Position numbers and translations under genes: made by a program
From: Cladosporium halotolerans
Lineage: Eukaryota
DNA: 64,000 nt
Assembly (NCBI RefSeq): GCF_011745625.1
Contig: NW_027191475.1
Span: forward strand, 248,001 to 312,000
Direction: 5' to 3'
Notes under the pieces: model-generated
Database searches by the model: none
Seen by the model: the letters and a program-made list of their open reading frames with translations, nothing else
Told to the model about the DNA's origin: nothing
Shown: positions 29,133 through 39,353 of the stretch, one piece after another
How the letters are laid out: every line of letters begins with the position of its first letter
Numbering within the stretch: the first letter of the stretch is position 1

Positions 29133-31631
29133 ATGCGAACGGTCTTGCCATTCAGTCTTGCAGCGGGGCTCGCAGCTGCAGCCAACTCGACGACACCTTC
29201 ACTTTTGTCATCCGGTGATGGTAAGTCTTGGACAATATGGACCATGGGTTGGCTCGACTGACAGGAGTAAAGTCGATCTCGGAATCTATGAAGCCGCATA
29301 TCAGAAGGCGAAGTCTTTTGTGTCCAAATTGAACACCGCACAGAAGGTGGCTGTCATTACAGGCAGCGATGTCAACGGTACCGACTTCACTTGGACTGCT
29401 CTCCACAACAAGGACGGTTTCGCTGGTATCAACAGCCAGTACTACGTCTCCGGATTTCCCATGGGCAACGCTCTCGCCATGACTTGGGACCGCCAGCATG
29501 GCGAAGACGAGGCGAAGGCATCTGGCCGAGAATTCTATATGATGGGTTACAATCTCATCAACGGTATGTGAAGTGGTCCCCAAATGCTACCATCATCTTG
29601 CTCATATATTTATTAGGACCCGTGGCTAGCCCACTAGGGAGAACGCCGTACGGTGGTCGCCTTCCGGAAGGATTTTCTCCGGATCCGTATCTTACTGGTG
29701 CCTTCATGGAAAAAACAGTAACTGGCATGAACAGTGCAGGCGTGGTCACCGTCGGCCGCCACTTTCTTTTGAACGAGCAAGAAACCAACAGGTCTTCGAG
29801 TACGCACTACTCGAGCAATGCCGACGACAAGACGATTCACGAGCTGTATCTTTGGCCCTTCGTTGATGCTGTTCATGCTGGTATGGGCGCCGTCATGTGC
29901 TCCATGAATCGTGTCAACAGCACGCTTGCCTGCGAGAACAACAAATTGCTGAGTGGGCTGCTCAAGCATGAAGTAGGCTTCCCGGGATTTATCCTTCCTG
30001 ATGTTAGCTCTCAGTCGACGGCTTACGGTTCTGCCAATGCTGGGCTCGACTTCGGCTCATCATCTTACTGGACAACAGCCGTCATCGAGGCCGGCATTGC
30101 CAACGGCTCTTTCACGGAGCTTCGGCTCGACGACATGGCGGTCCGCAACACCATTGGGTATTTCTTCGCCGGCCTCGACGATGGCAAGCAGCCCGATGTT
30201 GCTGCCACTACCGAGTACAGGGACGTCCGTGCCGATCACGCAAAGCTTATCCGCAAGATTGGAGCAGACTCTCTGGCCTTGCTGAAGAACCACAAATCTG
30301 GGAGCGGCGGCCTTCCGCTTAACCGCCCTCGCACCATCAGCATTTTTGGTGCTCATGCAGGGCCCAGTATGGCTGGCCCCAACTTTGCCTTCTCCGTCAT
30401 GGGTACTGATAGCGATGTCTATCAAGGGCATGTGGCATCTGCCGTAGGAAGCGGTGGTCTGTCGAACAGCTACCTGGCGACTCCTTTCCAGGCTCTGAGC
30501 CTGCGTGCCGCCCAGGATGGTTCCATGTTTCGATGGATCATGAATGATACCTACTCGGACACCAGTAGCACTTCTATATTTGGTGGTGGATCCATGGGCA
30601 CGGGTGGCCTCGACATGGACAGCAACTCTAGTGATTCTTTTGGCGGTCCGCAAGGTGAATCCGCTTCTTCAGCAAACTCTAGTATGCCTACTGACATGGG
30701 CGGTGCTGGAGGCGCGGGTGAAGGTGCTGCTGGCGTCATGGGAACTGGCACTACTGTCAGTCCCTCCATCGCAAACTACGCCTCAGACTCCGAGGTCTGC
30801 TTGGTCTTCATCAACTCTTGGTCCGGGGAAGGCGCGGATCGCAGCGAGCTCTCAAACCAGGATCAAGATACTCTGGTCAGCTCCGTCGCCTTGAACTGCA
30901 ACAACACCATAGTCGTCATCAACACAGCCGGGCCACGCATTCTGGACCAGTGGGTCGAGAATGATAACGTCACCGCCGTGGTGTACGGCGGTTACCTGGG
31001 CCAGGAATCGGGAAAGGCTATCGTGGATGTCCTGTACGGCGACGTCAACCCTAACGGCAAGCTAGCCCACTCGATCCCCAGAAACGCCACCGACTACCCT
31101 GTCTCCATCTGTGAGACTGCAGAGTGCGCCCTTGACGAAGGCGTGCAGATCGATTACCGCTACTTCGATGCACACAACGTCAGCGTCAGGTACCCCTTCG
31201 GACACGGCCTGTCTTACACCACCTTCGAGTATGGAGCATTCTCTGCAATGAAGACGGACAACGCAGCGTTGAACTCCAAGTACCCCACGGGCAAGCTTGG
31301 TTTGGGCGGGTTGAAGGATCTCTTCGACGACGTAATCTCTGTGAGCTTCACGCTTAGCAACACCGGCGACCTGCTTGGAGCCGAAGTCGCACAGCTCTAC
31401 GTGCAGTACCCCTCCGAGGCGCAGCAGCCGGTCCGCCAACTCCGCGGCTTCGAGAAGGTGGCCTTGGCTGCCGGTGAGCACAAGGATGTCACGTTCAAGC
31501 TGCGTCGCAGGGATATTAGCTACTGGGACGTGATTGCTCAAAAGTGGGCGCTAGCGAGTGGCGACTACACTTTAAGCATTGGGAGCAGTTCAAGGGACTT
31601 GAGAGGCGAGGTTCGAGTCTCGGTCTTGTAG
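29133..31631 (+). CDS. Secreted GH3 beta-glucosidase (BglD-like)
   Basis: Signal peptide MRTVLPFSLAAGLAAA; introns 29221-29272 and 29564-29616. PLGRTPYGGR.EGF, RHFLLNEQE, ELYLWPF, nucleophile region ILPDV, SGEG.DR, YPFGHGLSYT and a C-terminal FnIII-like domain. Confidence 0.93.
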
Positions 31632-32388
31632 ATACGCCAACCAGTCTCGTCGCGCATTGAGCACGATCGCAAAGCGGAACTTTGATCTGTGTCGGCTGTT
31701 CCAGAGCGGATGTCCAATCATGTTCACTTTCACTGTGCCTGGAGGTATCGATTGGACAGTACTCCAGTGCTAGGGGCAACGCTTTACTTTGGTCACCATC
31801 GAGCAGAAACGAATACCCTTCGTTGACGATTGTTCGCCCAGGTTGTGGTCTTGAACTTATGCATGTCTACTCGCAGTATTGCATTCTTCCGCTTGGTTCC
31901 ATCGTGCGTGCTTCGCTTATCATATACAATACGTGGAAGCATAGTTGGTTATCTACGCCTTATACGTTAACTATCACGATCGCGATCTCGATGAAGGCAC
32001 TGATTTTACGGAATCGGCCGTTTCGCCGATTTGTACTACCGGAGGTACATTGTCAGCCGCATCGGCTCGCGCAACGTTGTCACGATTGACATCCGCGGCG
32101 ATCTGCGCTGCATTCCTCATTGGACAATTATTCTTGGTGTCATCCCGGATGTCTTGTAACGCGGAAATGCGCGATTTCATCCTTTTCTGGCTCAATCGTG
32201 GCGATCTCGGTCCTGGCAGACAACGCTTCCAAGATACTCGAAGAGCTCACTCTTGAGACAGACCATCGCCTCAAGACAACAACCATCAAATCTCTTTGAA
32301 AGTCGCACTTGGCTAAATTCAGTGCTTGATAACCCTCCAACTGCCTTCTTCTGATCACGCGTGCCATTTGTGCACCATTGTCGTTGCC

Positions 32389-33942
32389 ATGCCGAAGCGC
32401 GGCAAGATTAACCTCGTAGCCTGCGAGCCGTGTAGGCGACGGAAAGTTAAAGTGAACTACATCCCCTGGTGCTGTCGTCTATATAAGCTAATGAACCTCA
32501 GTGTGATGGCAGCAGACCCGAATGTGGAGCTTGTAAGAGATTCAGAAGAAAATGCGACTACGCTTCTCAACCTGGATTGACGCGGACCGCTGCCCTTAAA
32601 TCCAAGGTTTCTCAATTGAGGACTGATAACGACAGCCTGTTGGATCTGTATTCGCGATTGAGGGATGGAGGCACTCCAGAAGCCCGGGAATTGCTCGATC
32701 GGATCAGGTCGAGGAGGCATACATTGGAAATTCCTTCTCTTCCACAAGCTTCCAACGTCTCAGCAAAGCCTGACAGCGTGGAACTGCATGAGCCCGGGTT
32801 ACGCGAGCATGATCGAAGAAGATTATCCTTCGAGGACTCAAGTCCGACTGATTTTGAAACCTGTCTCTCATCTGCACAGACCAGTGCAATTTGCAAGGGG
32901 TAGGGCGTGTAAGTATCTGGTTTCGCGGCATCGGCTTACTCTCTCAGTAGGCTTCATGCAGGACTCGGCGACACTTGCATTGCAGAGAAGCTGATCGTCG
33001 TAAGTGCTGCAAGTCAACAGCTTTCTAGTCATGGGCGTACAAGCTGACACAACCAAGAGTAACGCGCTACCCTGCGTCATTGAACAAGAATTCGCTCACG
33101 AAATCATCGCGGAAATCGTCACACTGAAAGGAGCCACGGGCCGAATGCTGCAGTTGTGCTCAGACTCATCCAGCCTTCTGTCAGCCATCCGCCAGGCTCA
33201 GGATCAACTCAGTGCATGGTATGAGCGATTACCATACGAGAGACAGCTCCTGATGCTTGGTACTGATGTTGAACTGCCATTGAAGATTTCTCTCTTCTAC
33301 GTCCATCTGCTCCATTTGGGAGCCGTGATCCTCATTTTTCGCCACTGCTTGGCCGGCTTCCGGTCATCCGAGGATCGTCAGGGTGTGTCGCACGAACAGC
33401 ATGGACTATTCAACGAAGCGTTGAGCGACGGTTTGGTAGCTGCAGAGCAGTCTGCGAGGATGATTTGCTTGATGAGGCAGGCTCCAACGAGCGTAAAGCT
33501 ATGTTCGGTAACGATGTGCGCAGAGACAATGAATTGATATAAACGATAAGTGCTGACAGATCTTACCAGACGTCAATCATACATTTCAGGCATGATCTTA
33601 GCTTTCCAAACGACACAGCTCATACTCGGCGGAGACCCGCGAGGATGTTGGTTCACGGCTTATGATCTGCTTGGCAAGATTGTTGATCAGCTGGACTCTT
33701 GCCACGACAATGCACCGCTTACGCTGCAATTTGCCCAAACACTGTCGAGGCACTATGCGTGTCTGCGTGAAGTGGCTCAAGAACTTCCGTCGGATCGAGG
33801 TAACTCTCTGTTCTCGAGCGAAGGAAACGATGAAGGTTCCACGGCTCGGAGTCCCAGCACCTACCTCTTCACGACGCCCACCGAAGCATCACATTTGCAT
33901 CGGACTTCTGACGATCTTTTGACTCAGCTATGCGACTTGTGA
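32389..33942 (+). CDS. Zn2Cys6 transcription factor 1 (middle exons uncertain; appears internally short)
   Basis: ACEPCRRRKVK|CDGSRPECGACKRFRRKC after intron 32452-32501. Downstream exons (33058-33514, about 33571-33942) read like a fungal TF C-terminal region (LSAWYERLP..LFYVHLLHLG). Confidence 0.7.
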
Positions 33943-34143
33943 CCGTGCAGGAGCTGCTTTTCTTCGAATTTGACGACGATGGCAAAGATCTGCGTGGTAG
34001 CGAATGTCGATCAAAGTTGGCTCGTACTATGACTCTCTATGACTCTATTATTTATGTTGGTTGATGATCAGCCGCAGACTCTCGATTTCCTAAAGTGTTC
34101 ACATATCAGAGAACAAGTTGCAAAGTAATTCAAAATCATGAGA

Positions 34144-36462
34144 TCACTCACCAGTACTCTGTTCTGAAACCACAAACTCGTCGAACATGAGCGCGTCGTC
34201 AAGTTTCCCTGCCAAGCTAGTCACTTGCGAGAGAGACCGGTTCTCAACGGCAAGATCCAGATCCACGACGTGACCTGACTTCACCGCCACTGTCTTTTGT
34301 GACGTTCTTGCCGCGTTATTTGCGCCATTTACTGGCACTCTGCCCACAATTTCTCGAGCTTCGTCGGACGAGATCAGCTTCCGCTGTACTGCCATGTACA
34401 GAATTGCCCTCAGAAGGCCGTCCGCTAGGCGAAACGATCCCGCGAGATCCACATAACTGTTCATACAGAGAAGAAAATTGAAGCGCCAAGCTGGGCCAAT
34501 TGGGTTGCGAACAACTGCATTGCCTATGAAGAGAAGGGACAAATGCCACAGGATGGAGGTCCGAGCGGACGAGTAGTGCTGACGATACTGGAAGGCCAGG
34601 CATTCCAATTGAGTGAGGGAAGACCAGAAGACGATTTCTGGTGTGCTGTGACGAGCCCTGAAGGAACTGAGAGTAAGCTTTTTGCCGTAGAAAGGCCTAA
34701 AGATCTCCATGACCGCTGTGTGGAACCATATGCTGGTTACTGATTAGCTGCGTCTAGACTTTGGCGGGTAAAGGTGAAAGCCTTACTGCATGACTAAGAC
34801 ATGGTGCGGTTGACCCAGAGTGCCACTTTCTCTGACATTCGGTAAGCTATCGTCAGCCCAAGAAAGCAGGTTTTGGAAAGTGTGTTCAGCAAGGGCGATT
34901 GACATTTGCTGCGAATCCGAATGGTCGTGAGTGAATGTCAGGAAAGACAGGATTACAGGTCGTAGAATTCGCCAGAACTTGCAAAGGGATGTGAACGTTG
35001 GTGCAGCGGAGAGGGGCACCGGTTGAGTTTGTGTGGTGTCTGCATCTATCCCATTCGTATCTTCGGGCTGATCGCCAGGTATGAACAAGGATGGTGGTTC
35101 TCCTAGAGGCGGCTGCCTGTAGTAGAAGGCATGCAGACTGTAGCTCGGCGGGTCAGTTTCTTGTATCCCATGTAGAGACCGCAATCCCTACCTCAGCCAA
35201 TTGAACAAGCCCCAAGCAACTTGCGCCCGTGAGCGGAGATGCGCAAGCGACCCTTGAGACGTGCCCTCCGGGATCCGTGTGCCTCCCAAAAGACCTAGGC
35301 GTTCTCCCATTTGATAGCCGGCATCGTTGAGACTCTGTGCCGAAACGTCGTCACCCTCGCATGCACATGCGAGACTCAAGAGCTGGCTGGCTGCGACTGT
35401 CAAAATGTTGTCATCTCCACACACTTCGTACCAGATCCGGAAAGCTTCCCGGAAGAAAGCTGGCTTGAAAGAAGCTGCAACATGATCAATCGAGCTACAT
35501 GACATCTTCTCGGAAAATCAGTGTGTGACTAAGTGTTGGGCCGAAGACACTTATGCAAGACCACAGGAGTACAGTGTTCACCAAAAATGCTGAGCAAAAG
35601 TCTTGTGATCCAGATCCTAGGCTTTCCATGAAAAGATCCGCGTCGAAAAGACCCAAAACTGGATGATCGACCTCGAGATAGTGTGCTATGGCTCGAGCGG
35701 CGTCATGATCTCCGATTCGGACAGTCGTCCACCGGCCAATGCGTACAGAGGCAAAGCGAGGATCAAATCGGAGCGGGTTGGTAACACTGTCAAGGTCAGA
35801 GCCGATCGAGAGAGTCAAAGTCTTCCACTATCGGTAGCAAGGGACAATCTCGAACCCCCGTGTCAGGGCGCCCGCATACACACAGGAGCCGCAGAGCCAC
35901 TTACACGATCCTCTTGTGAGGGAGTTCCAACGCGGAGATATCTCCGTCGACGTGCGCCAGTGATTGAACTACAGGATACGCATTTGGATGCTGCATCATG
36001 AGATCATATTGGAAAGGAAGATACGAGTTCGAAAGACGATAGCCGTTCAGATCATGCGCTGAGGGTGTGATCGAGATCCGGTGAAGGCCACCGAATTCGG
36101 CCAGACTACCCAACGGATCCCTTGACGAGGTGATCTGGCGTAAAGCCTCCAGAGCATCGGGATCAGAGGCTTCGCGTAGACACTGTAAAGAGGATCGCAA
36201 GTCTTCAAAGAGTTGATCGTGGACTTTTAAGGACCGTCGAAAGCTGGCACGTCTCGATTCGGAGCTGACAGCGGTCTCGTAGACGCAACGGGACTGTCGC
36301 TGTGTACACCGCGAGCATGCTGGCCGCAAACCGTCACACTGGTTGAGAATTTAGCATACATAGGATTGCTCTTACGGCGCGACGAAGTACCCTGGTGCGA
36401 ACGTTGCGGCAAGTGTTGCACGCCACACGGGTGTTTTGAAGTTGGCGATGTGTCTGAGGCAT
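34144..36462 (-). CDS. Zn2Cys6 transcription factor 2 with fungal TF middle domain
   Basis: MPQTHRQLQNTRVACNTCRNVRTR|CDGLRPACSRCTQRQSRC after a GTACTT..CCAG intron. Later exons contain WTTV..HYLEVDHP..FD.DLF, FCSAFLVN, AWGLFNW and IFRPF. Confidence 0.85.
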
Positions 36463-37103
36463 TTCTTGTCGGCTACATGGGAACAGGTTCTCTGCTCCAA
36501 GGATAATTCAGCTATCATTTCAGCAGAGAGGTCTGCCAAAGAAACGGTGTTTTTCGTGCTTTCGGTTTTCAGTTTCTCAACGAAGCGTGGGATAGCAGAC
36601 ATTGAGAAGCGAGATATTGCCCACGACCAGAGTCTTGGGGTGCATGCGCTTCTCGAAATCGCATCTCGCCACAAAGCGGAAAGCTCGGCTCCGATCATGA
36701 ATACTTCGGTACCCCTATGCAAGCTCGACCCCGCCCGCATCTCTTGCTCGTTGGCTACAGGGACTGGAGCGATTTCCGCTGCAGGGTCATACGGTGGTAG
36801 CCATTGACAATAGTGACAGGGTATGGCAAGCTGGGGAGCTATTGGCTGTATTGGGAAGCTGGGCGGACAAGGCGATGTGAAGATAGCCTGAGATGATACC
36901 TTGGCCTCGCAAATCGCACAATCTGCTCACGATTTCACACGTGCACCACGGCGGTACCAAAGTGTAATCAGGCGTACAATCAGCAAAGGAGGTTGGCCAT
37001 GTGAAGATGTTCCGGGTTCAATAATCATGCTTGGGCCCAGGCGTCGCTTCTGTCCTCGCATCACTCTCGAAGACACAATACGCTGAAGGTTGAAGTTTGC
37101 TCA

Positions 37104-37716
37104 ATGTCAAGTTCATCGAGCCGGCGATCCGGACGTCACAGGAAACCACCATGCAAGTAAAATGCCGACCTGATCGCGTGATTCAAGCTAACAACGCCCG
37201 CTTCAAGGTGATGAATGTTACAGTCGTAATACGTATTGCGACGGTCAACGACCATCATGTGGCTCTTGTAAAAATCGCGGGATCGACTGTCATTATCACA
37301 CCGGTCGAAATGAAGCGTTCACCATTGCTCTGACCAGAAAGTACGCGGCCATCAGGCAAAACAACGACGAAAACGAACAATTCTTGAAGCTTCTCATAGA
37401 CGCAACCGAAGCTGAAGCAGTTCGTATTCTCCATGCCTTCCGCAATGGCGAGTCAATCACGTCTCTCCTTGGGTTCGGCCAGGATGAGCCGGAGGTCGAT
37501 GGTATTGTAGACGGCGAGTACCCCGACGGCGTCGAGGTCGATGGTGCCGAAGTCGATGGTGTCGAAGTCGATGGCGTCGAAGTCGATGGCGTTGAAGTGG
37601 ATGGCGACTTCGACACTGGAGTAGACGTGAGAACTGGCGCCGTGGAAGGGAAAAGATCAAGAGTTAGGCAGAAGATGCTTAATCCAGCCGAAGGCAGCTC
37701 CAGCGGACGGGCCTAA
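37104..37716 (+). CDS. Short Zn2Cys6 protein 3 (about 185 aa) with a GC-AG intron and an acidic repeat
   Basis: Exon 1 37104-37152 (MSSSSSRRSGRHRKPP + T), intron 37153-37207 (GCAAGT..GCTAAC..AAG), exon 2 from 37208. The join gives C-DE-C-YSRNTY-C-DGQRPS-C-GS-C-KNRGID-C, in frame with ORF 37384-37716. Confidence 0.8.
37528..37605 (+). repeat. 15-bp coding tandem repeat, about 5 copies (G-V-E-V-D)
   Basis: ggcgtcgaggtcgat ggtgccgaagtcgat ggtgtcgaagtcgat ggcgtcgaagtcgat ggcgttgaagtggat. Confidence 0.9.
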
Positions 37717-38939
37717 CTCCGTTGCCAGTACCTGGAATCACTGACAGCTGATTGCGGCGTCGCTGAAGAATCGGGGCCCCAGACGAGCCGAACCTCAAGC
37801 GATGCTTCAATGCGCTTGTCCAAATGTGTGCCGTCAAGTGACACCGGGCGGGGGTTGGCTCTTCGTGCTCTGAAGGACTTGGACGGGACCAGGCCAGAAT
37901 GTTGGAGGATCCGGAACCCTGTCATACCCATCACAGTGTGCTGCAGTAACGGCCGCAGATCATGATGATCAGACAGACTGCTCCATCCCTCAGTTTGGTG
38001 AATAGAGATAAGGCACGATGCACCAGGATTCCAAATCTCTCGGGCGTGACTTCCAGAGTGAATCCACCTTCGTAATGATCCACGAGTTCCACAAAATTCC
38101 TCTTTCTAGGCACCGATCCGGCAGACGACAGATATGAATCGTTCATCGCGTATGTGAGAGTACGGGTTCCCTTTGGCGATCATCACCAACCTTGCTGTCT
38201 ATACTCGTCGCAACATGTGCCACACGCTGGAGGCGGTCGCTTGTCGAAAGTATCTGTTAGATGCCATGCGAGCGATGAATAGCGCCGCATGGTCCGTCAA
38301 TAATGTCACCACACGGTGTCGCCGATGGAGAACATCTTAGCCGAAAAGAGATCTCCATCCGCTCGCCTCGAGCACCAAAGTGTATGGATGCCTCAGGCAA
38401 GCATCAGCCGATGAAGGTGGCAGCCGACGACATCCTGGCCACCTCCGAAGTCCACGGCACGATATTACTATTGATCCACCGCACGCACGTCCGGTCTGCA
38501 GCCATGCCAAGTGGTGCTGGACGCCTTATCTTTTGTTCGTATTATCGTCGAATCAAGTGCCCCGAGTATGACACTACGGGCCTTGACGGTGTAGATCGCA
38601 TGAGTTTGGCCCATTGCTCGAGGTCCAGTGACATGTCCGAGATGGAGCTCTAGAAGCGCTGAAAGGGAACCTCACTTATTACCCGGGTCCAGACTCCATC
38701 TGGTTTCCGAAGTCTCATTCCCAACAGCGTTCTGCATGGCGGATGTACAAGCCTATCTAATGAGTGGAGACTCAGCGGCAGGAAGGTATGCTGTACTTGC
38801 TGCCTCGTGGCGCATCAGACACTTTTACACTTCGCCCTTGCGCAAAATCCAACATCTACTCCACGAGTCCCAAGTCAGAACACAGCGAGACCTCATCACA
38901 TAGAACCCTAGAGCTTGTCTGTAACTCACACAAAATGCA

Positions 38940-39260
38940 TTTCCTACCTACCCCTACCCTAACAAACAACAAACAACAAAACTCAACTCTCAACTCTCAA
39001 ACTATAAACATAATCATAACCATAAACATCATACCTTACCATACGTAATCCAATCAAAGCTCATAACAAACAACCAACCAAACCAACCAAGCAAAACCAA
39101 AACATTTTCACCCCCCCTCCTCCCCCAGTCTTCCTTCCCAGTCCAGTCCAGTCCAGCGCACAATCGTACAGAAAGCAGCCTTTCTTTCCTTCTGACCAAA
39201 AACAAAAAAAGCAAGCGGAAGGGTCAGAGGAAAGGGTACAAAAAAAAAAGTGTAGAAAGC
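38940..39260. repeat. Low-complexity A/C-rich tract in the GLT1 3' region
   Basis: Runs of CAAA/AAC, ATAAAC/ATAATC, ACCAA, (CCAGT)3 and poly-A. Confidence 0.7.
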
Positions 39261-39353
39261 GAAAGTAGGAAAAAGGGTATCGAAGCACAGCCAACGTCCA
39301 GCCAACATTCCTCCCTCACTCCCCGTCCCCATCTAAAGTCCAGTGCACACCAT

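Noticed and set aside
37528..37605. Short tandem array that might suggest CRISPR
   Set aside because: The 15-bp coding units are contiguous, have no spacers, and lie in a eukaryotic gene.
37296..37616. Minus-strand ORF with STPST repeats
   Set aside because: It is the antisense reading of the GVEVD repeat. The repeat alone cannot fix the strand, but the plus frame is continuous with a perfect zinc cluster.
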